DNA of 64,000 nucleotides from NCBI RefSeq assembly GCF_988242995.1, contig NZ_OZ547043.1; one strand, 5' to 3'. Shown piece by piece: positions 13,728 to 25,986 of this stretch (position 1 is its first letter; each line of letters starts with the position of its first letter). The notes under the pieces were generated by a model. It saw only the letters and a program-made list of their open reading frames with translations, ran no database searches and was not told where the DNA came from. The position numbers and the translations under genes were made by a program.

Positions 13728-15194
13728 TCAGGAGCCCAGACGGTAGTTCGGGGACTCTTTAGTAATGGTCACGTCGTGAACGTGGCTTTCCTGAATGCCC
13801 GCACCGCTGATACGTACAAACTCCGCTTTAGTACGCAGTTCGTCGATAGTACCACAGCCGGTCAGCCCCATACAGGAGCGCAGGCCGCCCATCTGCTGGT
13901 GAATGATCTCTTTCAGGCGACCTTTATAGGCCACGCGACCTTCGATACCTTCCGGCACCAGTTTGTCGGCAGCGTTGTCGCTCTGGAAGTAACGGTCAGA
14001 AGAACCTTTGGACATCGCGCCCAGGGAACCCATACCACGGTAAGATTTGTAAGAACGGCCCTGGTAGAGTTCGATTTCACCCGGAGATTCTTCAGTACCT
14101 GCCAGCATGGAACCCACCATCACCGCGCTTGCGCCTGCGGCGATAGCTTTGGCGATATCGCCTGAGAAACGGATACCGCCGTCAGCGATAACCGGAATAC
14201 CGGTGCCTTCCAGGGCTTCTACTGCATCAGCAACGGCGGTGATCTGTGGAACACCGACGCCAGTCACGATACGAGTCGTACAGATAGAGCCAGGGCCGAT
14301 ACCGACTTTAACCGCGCTGCAACCAGCTTCTGCCAGAGCGCGTGCCCCCGCAGCTGTTGCCACGTTGCCGCCGATGATTTGCAGATCCGGATATTTAGCA
14401 CGAGTTTCACGGATACGCTGCAGAACGCCTTCAGAGTGACCGTGAGAGGAGTCGATCAGCAGAACGTCAACGCCTGCGGCAACCAGCGCGTCAACACGCT
14501 CTTCGTTACCCGCACCCGCGCCAACCGCTGCACCAACACGCAGACGGCCTTGCTCGTCTTTACAGGCGTTCGGTTTACGTTCTGCTTTCTGGAAATCTTT
14601 CACGGTGATCATGCCGATCAGGTGGAATTCGTCATCAACCACCAGCGCTTTTTCAACGCGTTTTTCGTGCATTTTTGCCAGCACAACTTCACGGGCTTCA
14701 CCTTCACGCACGGTGACCAGACGTTCTTTCGGCGTCATGTAAACGCTAACCGGCTGGCTCAGGTCGGTAACAAAACGTACGTCACGACCGGTGATAATAC
14801 CCACCAGTTCGTTTTCTTCGGTAACGACCGGGTAGCCCGCAAAGCCGTTACGCTCGGTCAGTTCTTTCACTTCGCGCAGCGTCGTGGTTGGCAGAACAGT
14901 CTGCGGGTCAGTCACCACGCCAGATTCGTGTTTTTTCACACGGCGAACTTCTTCCGCCTGGCGTTCAATGGACATATTTTTGTGGATAAAGCCGATACCG
15001 CCTTCCTGAGCCAGAGCAATAGCCAGGCGCGCTTCCGTTACGGTATCCATTGCTGCGGAAAGCATAGGGATATTCAGACGAATAGTTTTCGTCAGCTGGG
15101 TGCTGAGGTCAGCAGTATTCGGCAGAACGGTAGAATGTGCAGGAACGAGGAGAACGTCGTCAAACGTCAGAGCTTCTTTAGCGATACGTAGCAT
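13728..15194 (-). CDS. guaB: IMP dehydrogenase
   Basis: ORF track 13728..15263; [25 protein letters not shown] from the internal ATG, 488 aa; CBS pair and IMPDH catalytic loop [11 protein letters not shown] present. Confidence 0.95.
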   Translation of the reverse strand: MLRIAKEALTFDDVLLVPAHSTVLPNTADLSTQLTKTIRLNIPMLSAAMDTVTEARLAIALAQEGGIGFIHKNMSIERQAEEVRRVKKHESGVVTDPQTVLPTTTLREVKELTERNGFAGYPVVTEENELVGIITGRDVRFVTDLSQPVSVYMTPKERLVTVREGEAREVVLAKMHEKRVEKALVVDDEFHLIGMITVKDFQKAERKPNACKDEQGRLRVGAAVGAGAGNEERVDALVAAGVDVLLIDSSHGHSEGVLQRIRETRAKYPDLQIIGGNVATAAGARALAEAGCSAVKVGIGPGSICTTRIVTGVGVPQITAVADAVEALEGTGIPVIADGGIRFSGDIAKAIAAGASAVMVGSMLAGTEESPGEIELYQGRSYKSYRGMGSLGAMSKGSSDRYFQSDNAADKLVPEGIEGRVAYKGRLKEIIHQQMGGLRSCMGLTGCGTIDELRTKAEFVRISGAGIQESHVHDVTITKESPNYRLGS

Positions 15195-16732
<1,538 letters not shown>

Positions 16733-16791
16733 GATGCGCCAGCATCGCATCCGGCACTGGCTCCCAGGCCACGCCAGATGCGCCATGCTGG

Positions 16792-19700
16792 TTACTGGAA
16801 GCAGGTCACCAGACCCGGTTTATTCATTAGCGTGATACTACAATCCTGTGCTCCAGTGCCTTCGTCCATTCCACACTGTTGAGAGGACAAATAAGGAAAA
16901 CTTGGTGAAGACGGCCATCCCAGTGAATTAAAAACAGTGTGCAACAACTCTAATTCATTGTATGTCGGTGCATTTTCTATGCTGCCACACTGCCTTGCAA
17001 TATCCCATTTACTGGCATCAATGATATGTGCAGAAGCCCAGTTTTCGTAGTTAATAATCGGTGAGGATACGGGATTAGCCCCGGACGGCAATTCTGTCGT
17101 TAACAACGGTCGATGTAGCGATTTACCATTCACCACTACAGTGTCTGCCATATGTCCCCAAAAGTGCGCCGAGGAAACATTCGGGCTGGTTGGTACCGTA
17201 AAAATAGCGTCCAGCGTGTCTGTCGCGGAAGCGTAATTAGCCAGAGTAACCGTCAGTGGCGTTTTATAACCAGGGGTATTATCCTGGCGGAGCGTAAAAC
17301 TTGCCGTCCCATCCGCGCCTGTCATGCCACTAATGGTATTACCGCTTTCACTCAGCGTAACAGCCGAACCAGATAACGGCTGAACGATGAGATCGTCCAT
17401 CGCCACCACATCACCATACAACGTCGCCCCAGCGTTACGCGGCGATGCATCGCCACGTTTCAAAGTAAATTCCACATTCGGTACCGTATTCCCGGCGCTG
17501 TCTTTCACCGTCACGGTAACGGGCATGGCTTCGCCTTTTTTCACTTTCGCCGCCTGAATAGCTGCGTCAAACGCTGTTGAGGTCAGTGTGACGCTGGAAA
17601 CCGTTGCGCGCGCAGACACCAGACACGCCTGATAAGCGGCATTACCATTCAATGTCGTTGTGCCATCTTTCATATTGAGCGACTGATTTTTACCATCTGT
17701 AGTCTTATCCTGCGCCCACCAGTAATAATAAACTGACCAGCCAGTTTCCGTCGTAAGGGTGTTATTGGGATAACGTTGATACAGTGACTTCATATCGCTG
17801 AGCAACGGTTGCCGGGCTTCCTCACAAGGGCTGAGGCTGGCATTTGCTTTAGTGGTTGACGAAAAATAGGGCCAGTCCTCATTATTGTTATTGGTTTTAT
17901 TTACCCCGGAGGTCGATGGCAGCTCCTTCCACAATTTCGGTCGTTCAAAGACGGTTCCATTTGCCGCTGTCACCGTTTCTGGCATATGACCCCAGTAGTC
18001 GGCATCCTGGGCGTCAGGGCTGGTGACCACGGTAAATATCAGGTCCAGGTTTGACGTGATCTGCGGATCTTGTGCAAGCGAGACCGTAAACGGCGTTGCC
18101 AGGCCGGTGGTGGCGTTTTGCGTAACATTGAACGTCACTGTGCCATCACTGCCGGTAAAACCAAGCCATTTTGCCGTATCCTGAGCAAAGGAAATACGGG
18201 TTGCTGTCGGTGTGACGACATCTACAATAAGATCATCTGCCGACGATGAGGGCCTAATTCCTGAACGACTTTTCGCCTGCGCCCGCTGAAGCGTCACGCT
18301 CTCGCCACTCAGCAGGTTGCCATTTTGGTCTTTTACTGTCACGACTAACGGGATTGTCTCGCCCTTTTTCGCCGATGCCGAAGGTGTACCGCCGTTACTG
18401 GCGGTTTTCGTCTCATCAAATGCTATTGAAGTCAGGGTAACGCTTGACGGCTTAGAGTGAGGCTGTGCCAGGCAGAGCATTAGAGCAACCGGAGAGAGTG
18501 CGGATGATACTCGTCCCGTACTTAGGTTAAAGACCTGATAATACCAGGAGCTACCATTGGAGTTAAGCAATTCATAAATCCACCAGTTTCCTGACGCTAT
18601 CGGCAACCCCAGATCTTTCGTTAACGCCCCGTTTGGGTGATCGTCATATAACCCCTGCAATTCGCTGAGGCGCGGTTGATATTCCAGCGAACAATCTGCC
18701 GTCGCTTTTTGAGTACTATATATATATGACCATGTCTCATTATTACCGTTTACCGAGCTCCCCGTAGTCGCTTCCGCTGCCAGTAATGGGCGCTTGAAGG
18801 TCACGCCTGCCGAACTGGTAAACGTTTCCGGCATATGGCCCCAGTATTTCGCTTTTGGCGAATCCGGGCTGGTTATCACCGTGAAAATGACATCCAGCGT
18901 GACGCTTTTCGAGGTATCGCGCATGAGTTCTGCGCTGAGCGGCGTTGACAGCCCATAACTGCTATTCTGGCTGACCTCAAACGTAGCTTTACCATCGCTC
19001 CCTGTCTTCAGGAGAGCCTGCGTCCCATCCCCATACAAGATTGACGTTACCCCAGTAGGTTCCACAGGTATGATGGTAAGATCATCTGCAGAAGCATCGT
19101 ACGCAGCTTTAGCGCGGTTCAGCGCAGTCCCTCGTTTAAGGTTAAAGCTGGCACCTGGCAGTGGATTGCCTGCGCTATCTCGCACCGTAACCGTCATCGG
19201 GATAACCTCTCCCTTCTTCGCTGTTGCGCTGGGCCTGCCATCATTGCTGGCCGTTTTCGTTGCATCCTCCGCCGTTGAGGTCATTTCAATAGAAGCCGCC
19301 TCTGGATGAGGGTTTACCAGGCACAGCATTAATGCCGAGGTGCTTGAAGACGCTCTTCCACTTGATCCATTTAACAGATAAATATATTGATCGTACCAGT
19401 TACCCGCATATGCCACCATGTCGTAAGCCCACCAGTAGCTATTTACCGGAATACCCAGATCGGTCTTTATCGCACGACTTGGGTGTTCGTCGTACAATGC
19501 CTGTAGTTCGCTTAACAGTGGTTGATAATGTACATCGCACCCGCTTTTATCGATATCCCCCTTTGTTGCCGATCTCAACACGGCCCACTCTTCATTGTCT
19601 TCTATAAACGACTGGCCCGACGATCTTTCAGCAGAGAGTAAGGGGCGTTTGAAGGCAGTACCAGAACGCGTAGTGAACGTTTCCGCCATATGCCCCCAGT

Positions 19701-22700
19701 AACTTGCCAGGGGGGTATCCGGGCTGGTTATCACGGTAAACATCACGGGTAATTTGTTGGATTCCAGGCTCGACTGATAGGCCTGAGCGTACACATTGGT
19801 TACCAGGCCTATAGAATCATCCTGCTTTACCGTAAACGTGGCTGTCCCGTCTGCACCTGTCACCGCATAAAGGGAGATTGATGGAGTATCCACTCTTGCC
19901 GACGTTCCCGCTGCGTTGATTACAGTGATAGTTCTGTTCGACAACTGTACATTCTGGCGATTTGTCGATCCTTCACGTTTGAGAATAAACGGAACATTTG
20001 GTACGACATTTCCCTGCGCATCTTTTGTCACCACGCGAATCACCGCGTCGTCACCTTTTTTCCGTTTTAGTGCGCTGAGGGTTTCGTCAACTTTGACAAA
20101 TTGTGTCGCATCGTTCGCTTCAACAATAATGTGGCTGGTCACCGCCACTGGGGTAGCCCGACAACTTAGCAGTCCTAGACTGCTTGACATGACCTCCGTT
20201 CCATCACCCGTTTTTAACGAAACCGCTTTAAAATTAAATGTTTGAGTGTAATAGGCAACAACCGTACTGGAGATATAGGCGCGTGATACAGGCCATCCCG
20301 TAACGTCATGTATTGGCACGTAACCTTCATCGGCATACAGTGACTCCAGCTCACTTTCAATCGGGACATATCCTGCACCGCAACCATTTACAGATGTGTT
20401 GTTCGACTGGTCCGGCGAGAACAGTGACCAGCTCTCTCCATCTTCCTGAAAAGAGCTTCGACTGGTTGTAACGGAAAGCTCATCTTGCAATAACGGTCTT
20501 TTATAAATAAGCCCGCCTGCACCGGTCATCGTTTCGGCCATATGCCCCCAGAATTTTGCTTTAGGGGTATCGGGGCTGGTTATCACCGTAAAGACCACCG
20601 GAAGCATTGATTTTACGTTATTATCTGTATCCAGCATGGCGGTCAGTTCGGTTTTTAAACCCGTGGTATTGTCCTGTTTCAGTGCAAGTGTTGTCGTACC
20701 ATCTGCGCCGGTAACGCCATAAATCAGTGCTGTTGTTGAGGAAAAATTACTCTGCGTGTTACCCCAGGCATCCGTCACGATGAGCGCGCCTGCTGTCACC
20801 GTTGTAGACGCATTTGCCCGATTGACGCTAAGGTTACGTTTAAGCGTAAACGCGGTATTTCCCACCGGGTTACCCTGCGAATCTTTAGTGGTCACGCGAA
20901 CCACGACTTCTTCCCCTTTTTTCGCTTTGACAACATTATTCGTACTGTCAAATTTCGCGGGGTCCGCAGCCTCAAGAACGATTTGGCTTGCCTTGACGAT
21001 CGGCGTCGTCTGGCAGGTAAGCAGTTCTTTTGTGGCCGATGGAATTATCGAACTGGTGCCTGAACTGAGATTGACGGCCTTGAAGTCACGCTGTTCCAGA
21101 CTACTGCTGCCTGTCGTGCTGGAAAGGTAACTTGAGGCGACGGGCCAGCCCTGAACCGTTTTCATCGCATTGCCGCGGTTGGCTTCATACAATGACTCCA
21201 GCCCGGCCTGGGAGGGAACATATTCACTACCACAACCATTAGAGGATGTGCTTGTCGCCTGAGTTTGGGTAAATTGCGCCCAGTCCTCATTATCTTCTGC
21301 AATCGCTGTTCGACCCGACGTACTGGATAACTCTTTCAACAATAATGGGCGTTTAAAGACCGTTCCATCCACAGCCGTCACCGTTTCAGGCATATGCCCC
21401 CACATTTTCGCCTTATCGCTGTCCGGGCTGGTGACAACGGTAAAAATGGTATCGAGGGTCGCTTTTTTCGTTGTGTCTGAATAGAGCGCGGCGGTCAGCG
21501 ACGTTTTTGTGCCATGGGTATCCGGGCGGGTAATAGTGAGAATTTTAGTGCCATCGCTGCCGGTCATCGCGCTGTATGCTGCGGCGGTATCATTGAGCGA
21601 AGTTTCATCCGCCAGGCCACTATTGATCACAACCGGCGCAACCAGCGCATCACCGCTACCGGCAATGTGTTTTTCGTTTGATCGGGTATAACCATCGCCA
21701 CGCTTCAGCGTAAAAGGCATATCACCCAATGGATTGCCCTGAGCATCTTTTACCGTCACCTTCACCTGTAGCGTTTCGCCTTTTTTCAGCTTCGCCGCAT
21801 TTGCTGCCGCGTTCCACTGCGCCGGGTCCACCACTTCCAGCGTAATGCTGCTGGCAGGATTGTTAGCCGTCGTCAGGCAACTGACATAAACCGCCGTGCT
21901 ACCGCCAATGGTCCGCGCGCCATCGTTGAGGGCTATGGTGTAGTAATGCGGCACCTGATCCGCGGGCGAACTGCTCCAGTAGGGCTGACGCTGCGTTGGC
22001 CAACCGTGTACCGTTTGAACGGCGTTACCGCTGTTAGCATCATAGAGCGCGTTAAGCTGGGAACGGCGTGGGAGCATATTGGCACCACAGCCACCTTTAC
22101 TGGTGCTGGAAGTGTTGGCCTGGCTAACGCGCGACCACACTTCGTTATTTTCCGTTAATGTGCCGTCCGGGCTGAACACTTCCGCAGCCAGCCGGGGTCG
22201 GGCAAAGGTTAATGCATCGACGGTAATCGTCTCATCCATATGACCCCACATCTGCGCGCCAACCGCATCCGGACTGGTGAGCGTAGTGAAAATCACATTG
22301 TAATTAACAGTATTGGGAATATAGGAGTTTACAGGCGCAATATTCAGCGGCGTCGCTAAGCCCACACCTTGCGGTTGCTTAATTTCCACAGTAGCAAAAC
22401 CCTGCGCATCCGTAGTACCTGCATAGACTAAAGACGGTTGCGATGTTCCGTAGAGCGTGCCATTCATCTCGATTGCGCCGCGGGTTGGATCATCGAAACC
22501 CGTGCTCTGCCCCTGACGATTTTTCCCCATATCTTTAGTGATGGTGAACGCGGTATACGGCACGGGCGCATTACTCAAGGCATTAAAGGTGCGTACCGTC
22601 ATGGTAATCGTTTCACCCACTTTAGCCTGCGCTCTGCTGCTTGTGGAAACATCATGATCGGTGGTCGCAGCAATCTGGGCGACCATCTCATTGCCCGAAC

Positions 22701-24834
22701 AAGAAAGGTAGTTTTGCTTAAAGCCGGAATAGGTGTCGATGTTGCCCGTGGCCAGGTTCACCGACGCGTGCGACGTCTCTTCCACCGCACTAAGATACGC
22801 TTTTTGCAACGTTGGCCAGCCATATTCGGTGCCGATGACATTGGCTGGATGTGCGGCAAACAAACTGTGCAATGAGCTTTGGCTCGGAATATGACCTAAA
22901 CCACACTCAGCCTGCATACTGCTATTCTGATCAAACAGCGCCCAGTCTTCGTTATTTTCCCGCACTGCTCCCAGTTCGTTGTCGGTTTCATCCGCCAGCC
23001 GTGGGCGTTTAAAGATATTATTCGCTTCAATAATGCCTAACATATGTCCCCACATCCGCGCTTTGTCGGAATCAGGGCTGGTGATCACCGTAAAAATAAC
23101 GTCTTTCTCATCCGAGGCGGTAAAATCACTGCGCATTTTCGCGGTGATGTGTGTTTTCACCCCCACGCCGCCTGGCTGGGTCAGCGTCAGAGAGGCCTCT
23201 CCGTTAGCATCAGTGATCCCTTCATAGGTATGGGCGTCAACTTTGCGAACGTTACTGCCACCATCAATTTGTACCGGGTGCGTCTCCCACGCAGCGTCAG
23301 TTTGATTCTTACGGTTAACACCGTCATCCAGATGCAGCGAAAAGTAGTAGTAAGCCAGCGGCTGATCGTTGTTCTTGCTATCGGTAATCGTCAGGCGTAA
23401 AGAAGCCTCTTCCCCCACCTTTACTTTCATCGCTTTTATCGTCGAATCATAACTGCCCGGCGTCAGTACCAGCTTCGGTTCAACATCGGGCGCTTCTTTA
23501 TCGACACAGCTCACAATAAACGTCGTATCGTCCGGTTTTTGCGCTTCGCTGCGGTTCGAAACATCCGCCGCATGGTGCTGGCCGCTCATCCCCGCCAGTG
23601 ATGACCAGTAGAAATTACCCTGCATCGGCCAACCAGCCACATCCTGCACTGACGTTGGCACCACCGTCGCCAGCGCACCGAAATGACGCATTCCGGGCAA
23701 AATGTCGCAATGTTTATCCGCGCCGCTCCAGGTAAAGGTGGACCAGGTTTCATTGTGATCGTTAACCGTACCGTCTTCATTATCGACTTCCGCCGCCAGT
23801 TTTGGTCGACTAAAAGTGTAATCACGGGCCTTCAGCGTATCGGGCATATGACCCCACATTGTAGCCTGCGGGACATCCGGGCTGGTGAGGACGGTAAAGA
23901 TCACTGCCGTTTCACTGGCCTGAGCAATACCCGCGAGGCTCGCGACCAACGGCGTTTTTACACCAGGGCCGTTGGCCTGGGTGACCGTAACCGTGGCAAC
24001 ACCATTCGCATCAGTAGTACCACGATATTCCGTCGCGGTGGTGGTTAATTCGGTCGTGCCCAGTTTTACCGGCGCAGTATTGTTCACCACACCCTGGCGG
24101 TTTTCAGCATCTTTGCGTTTGATAACAAAAGGAATATTCCCCACAACATTACCGACGCAATCTTTGGTGGTGACCGTTAACGTGATACTGCCGCCAACCG
24201 TCGTTTTCGCCGCACCGGAGGATTCGTCATAGCCCGCGGCGCTGACGGAAATAAGGTCACCCTGCGCGGGCGCAATCTTCAGCGTCACTTTCTGATCGGC
24301 GAGGGTCAGAACACTTTCATAGGGATAGCCCGTCGAGGTAAGTAGATATAACAGCGGCATGGTCTGCTGGGGGTCTGGCTGCGCCCAGGCGATCAGCGAA
24401 CGCCCGGCAAGGCCCTGTGCGCAAAATGAGCGATCTGCGACTGGCTGTGGGTCCAGTAAGGTGTCCGGCGTCGCGGCATCCGCCCAAACTAAAGATACTG
24501 TCGGTGGCGTTTGGTTTTCCCAACGTGGTGTGGCAATGATATCGCCTTCTCTGTCTTGCGGGTTGGTGACGAGCAATTTAGAGACGCTAACATCCGCGCT
24601 GAATTCACTCGGTTTAGCGGTAAACGCTACCTCATTCGTCTTTGCAGGATCCAGAAAGACACTGCCCTGGTAGACGGGTATGCTGGCACTGTCGGCGGTG
24701 GGCACGGTACCGTTAAATTCGCCGACCGTATCTGAAGAGTCTTGCCATGCAGATTCTGCCCATGACCACCCAGGCAGCATTGCGCTTATCAGCAATGCGC
24801 ATAACACAAGGATTTTATTCAGGGTCAGGGACAT
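16792..24834 (-). CDS. ratA: giant secreted Ig-like (Big_1-type) tandem-repeat protein, RatA-like; 2680 aa
   Basis: ORF track; signal peptide [26 protein letters not shown]; nine ~260-275-aa modules each containing a Big_1-like beta-sandwich segment (e.g. [29 protein letters not shown]) followed by a Cys-containing module with the invariant motif TSPDxxKAKxWGHMPETxT...FKRPLL...NEDW...CG; gene symbol is by recalled homology to the Salmonella CS54 / ExPEC ratA genes. Confidence 0.8.
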   Translation of the reverse strand: MSLTLNKILVLCALLISAMLPGWSWAESAWQDSSDTVGEFNGTVPTADSASIPVYQGSVFLDPAKTNEVAFTAKPSEFSADVSVSKLLVTNPQDREGDIIATPRWENQTPPTVSLVWADAATPDTLLDPQPVADRSFCAQGLAGRSLIAWAQPDPQQTMPLLYLLTSTGYPYESVLTLADQKVTLKIAPAQGDLISVSAAGYDESSGAAKTTVGGSITLTVTTKDCVGNVVGNIPFVIKRKDAENRQGVVNNTAPVKLGTTELTTTATEYRGTTDANGVATVTVTQANGPGVKTPLVASLAGIAQASETAVIFTVLTSPDVPQATMWGHMPDTLKARDYTFSRPKLAAEVDNEDGTVNDHNETWSTFTWSGADKHCDILPGMRHFGALATVVPTSVQDVAGWPMQGNFYWSSLAGMSGQHHAADVSNRSEAQKPDDTTFIVSCVDKEAPDVEPKLVLTPGSYDSTIKAMKVKVGEEASLRLTITDSKNNDQPLAYYYFSLHLDDGVNRKNQTDAAWETHPVQIDGGSNVRKVDAHTYEGITDANGEASLTLTQPGGVGVKTHITAKMRSDFTASDEKDVIFTVITSPDSDKARMWGHMLGIIEANNIFKRPRLADETDNELGAVRENNEDWALFDQNSSMQAECGLGHIPSQSSLHSLFAAHPANVIGTEYGWPTLQKAYLSAVEETSHASVNLATGNIDTYSGFKQNYLSCSGNEMVAQIAATTDHDVSTSSRAQAKVGETITMTVRTFNALSNAPVPYTAFTITKDMGKNRQGQSTGFDDPTRGAIEMNGTLYGTSQPSLVYAGTTDAQGFATVEIKQPQGVGLATPLNIAPVNSYIPNTVNYNVIFTTLTSPDAVGAQMWGHMDETITVDALTFARPRLAAEVFSPDGTLTENNEVWSRVSQANTSSTSKGGCGANMLPRRSQLNALYDANSGNAVQTVHGWPTQRQPYWSSSPADQVPHYYTIALNDGARTIGGSTAVYVSCLTTANNPASSITLEVVDPAQWNAAANAAKLKKGETLQVKVTVKDAQGNPLGDMPFTLKRGDGYTRSNEKHIAGSGDALVAPVVINSGLADETSLNDTAAAYSAMTGSDGTKILTITRPDTHGTKTSLTAALYSDTTKKATLDTIFTVVTSPDSDKAKMWGHMPETVTAVDGTVFKRPLLLKELSSTSGRTAIAEDNEDWAQFTQTQATSTSSNGCGSEYVPSQAGLESLYEANRGNAMKTVQGWPVASSYLSSTTGSSSLEQRDFKAVNLSSGTSSIIPSATKELLTCQTTPIVKASQIVLEAADPAKFDSTNNVVKAKKGEEVVVRVTTKDSQGNPVGNTAFTLKRNLSVNRANASTTVTAGALIVTDAWGNTQSNFSSTTALIYGVTGADGTTTLALKQDNTTGLKTELTAMLDTDNNVKSMLPVVFTVITSPDTPKAKFWGHMAETMTGAGGLIYKRPLLQDELSVTTSRSSFQEDGESWSLFSPDQSNNTSVNGCGAGYVPIESELESLYADEGYVPIHDVTGWPVSRAYISSTVVAYYTQTFNFKAVSLKTGDGTEVMSSSLGLLSCRATPVAVTSHIIVEANDATQFVKVDETLSALKRKKGDDAVIRVVTKDAQGNVVPNVPFILKREGSTNRQNVQLSNRTITVINAAGTSARVDTPSISLYAVTGADGTATFTVKQDDSIGLVTNVYAQAYQSSLESNKLPVMFTVITSPDTPLASYWGHMAETFTTRSGTAFKRPLLSAERSSGQSFIEDNEEWAVLRSATKGDIDKSGCDVHYQPLLSELQALYDEHPSRAIKTDLGIPVNSYWWAYDMVAYAGNWYDQYIYLLNGSSGRASSSTSALMLCLVNPHPEAASIEMTSTAEDATKTASNDGRPSATAKKGEVIPMTVTVRDSAGNPLPGASFNLKRGTALNRAKAAYDASADDLTIIPVEPTGVTSILYGDGTQALLKTGSDGKATFEVSQNSSYGLSTPLSAELMRDTSKSVTLDVIFTVITSPDSPKAKYWGHMPETFTSSAGVTFKRPLLAAEATTGSSVNGNNETWSYIYSTQKATADCSLEYQPRLSELQGLYDDHPNGALTKDLGLPIASGNWWIYELLNSNGSSWYYQVFNLSTGRVSSALSPVALMLCLAQPHSKPSSVTLTSIAFDETKTASNGGTPSASAKKGETIPLVVTVKDQNGNLLSGESVTLQRAQAKSRSGIRPSSSADDLIVDVVTPTATRISFAQDTAKWLGFTGSDGTVTFNVTQNATTGLATPFTVSLAQDPQITSNLDLIFTVVTSPDAQDADYWGHMPETVTAANGTVFERPKLWKELPSTSGVNKTNNNNEDWPYFSSTTKANASLSPCEEARQPLLSDMKSLYQRYPNNTLTTETGWSVYYYWWAQDKTTDGKNQSLNMKDGTTTLNGNAAYQACLVSARATVSSVTLTSTAFDAAIQAAKVKKGEAMPVTVTVKDSAGNTVPNVEFTLKRGDASPRNAGATLYGDVVAMDDLIVQPLSGSAVTLSESGNTISGMTGADGTASFTLRQDNTPGYKTPLTVTLANYASATDTLDAIFTVPTSPNVSSAHFWGHMADTVVVNGKSLHRPLLTTELPSGANPVSSPIINYENWASAHIIDASKWDIARQCGSIENAPTYNELELLHTVFNSLGWPSSPSFPYLSSQQCGMDEGTGAQDCSITLMNKPGLVTCFQ
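16950..24250 (-). repeat. nine tandem coding repeats, period ~800-860 bp, inside the ratA-like gene
   Basis: Plus-strand motif CATATG(N)CCCCA (reverse complement encodes WGHM) recurs near 17150, 17980, 18830, 19690, 20540, 21395, 22240, 23040 and 23850; protein repeats diverge but keep the same motif order. Confidence 0.85.
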
Positions 24835-24954
24835 GACAGAAACTCCACCGGTTGTTAAACGGACGCTTGTCGCATCAACATATTTTGCTTAATCCGGGAT
24901 TAAGCAAAATATGCGGAAACAGCATTCCCTTGCGGGAATGCTGCTGAGTACGCG

Positions 24955-25932
24955 TTATTTGTGTTTGTAAATAATGTGAAGTTTGTAACCCTGTACCCCG
25001 TCGCCGTTTGTCGGAATGGTAAGAGCCTCTTTACCATCGCGCGCAGGACCGTTAAGGTTGGTTCTGGCCTCGTCGTTGGTCGCAGGGATGGCCAGATTGT
25101 TATTATCGAAGCTTGAGTTAACGATACCACCCGAAGTGCCGAGCTGCTGGCTGCTGCCAGAAAGTACCCAACGGAAGTCATAATTGGCGGTAACGTCAGC
25201 ATCGGTACCCGCATCAAACTTGCCGTTTTTGTTCTCATCCGAGTAAAGTTTGGCCACGTAGGTTTTGCCAAGTTCGATTGGCGTGCTGCCGTTGATAAGG
25301 TTGATACTGGTACCATCAACAAAGATGGCGACTTTCAGGTTCTGGTTAACCACCGGCCCTGGCGCAACGTTATCGCTGTCGCTTCCGCCGCCGTCGGCAG
25401 TAGAAACGTCATAAAGATGCAGCGCAGTCCCGACGTTTGGCGTACCGGTCTGCGTGGTTGGCGTAATTTCAATACCGATATAACGACCACGGTCGTCATC
25501 GGTAAGAGTGTAACTGGTCACCTTCGTTGCCAGCTCTTTTGGATCGTTACCCTGAGCGTCCTTGTAGCTCATCCAGCGGATAGTATCGATAGTCTTTGCG
25601 TTATCGCCCAATCCCCCAAGATCCACGTCGCCTTCGGTATCACCAATTTCCCAACTTACGGTTAATTTATCACCCGAGTAAAGACGCTTGTCCGTTTCAC
25701 TACCTGTCGGGCGAGCGCCTTTTAGATCAGAAGTCAACGTTACATGGTCGGCATCTGTCGTAGCGCTTCCCCCTTCCGAATAGAGCCACGGAATGGTTCC
25801 CTGGAAAATATTGGTTTCGCCGCTTTCGACCCAGGCGCTTTCTTCCGCCAGCGCCACAGGTGCCACACAATAACCTGCCAATGCCAGCGCCAATGCGATC
25901 CGGGTCAGACCGCGTCTTTTATCCTGCTTCAT
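24955..25932 (-). CDS. sinI: secreted protein SinI-like (325 aa); C-terminal domain paralogous to the SinH passenger tip
   Basis: ORF track; AAGGAG RBS 7 nt upstream; signal peptide MKQDKRRGLTRIALALALAGYCVAPVALA; C-terminus ...AIPATNDEARTN...GDGVQGYKLHIIYKHK aligns with the SinH C-terminus. Confidence 0.8.
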   Translation of the reverse strand: MKQDKRRGLTRIALALALAGYCVAPVALAEESAWVESGETNIFQGTIPWLYSEGGSATTDADHVTLTSDLKGARPTGSETDKRLYSGDKLTVSWEIGDTEGDVDLGGLGDNAKTIDTIRWMSYKDAQGNDPKELATKVTSYTLTDDDRGRYIGIEITPTTQTGTPNVGTALHLYDVSTADGGGSDSDNVAPGPVVNQNLKVAIFVDGTSINLINGSTPIELGKTYVAKLYSDENKNGKFDAGTDADVTANYDFRWVLSGSSQQLGTSGGIVNSSFDNNNLAIPATNDEARTNLNGPARDGKEALTIPTNGDGVQGYKLHIIYKHK

Positions 25933-25986
25933 TGATGCTCTCCTTAATGAACCTTCAGCGACTGGCCGACTGGCCTTACGCCAATC

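Noticed and set aside
14379..15191. 270-aa plus-strand ORF inside guaB
   Set aside because: Antisense to guaB; His/Phe/Arg-rich low-complexity translation typical of a reverse frame of a GC-rich gene
16950..24250. Regularly spaced repeats considered as a possible CRISPR array or satellite
   Set aside because: Period is ~830 bp, the repeats are protein-coding modules in one continuous 8-kb ORF, and there are no short direct repeats with unique spacers or cas genes
17152..24735. Numerous 60-145-aa plus-strand ORFs inside the ratA-like gene (e.g. 19070..19309, 22438..22875, 23044..23400)
   Set aside because: All antisense to the continuous 2680-aa ORF, with no RBS and no conserved features; shadow ORFs
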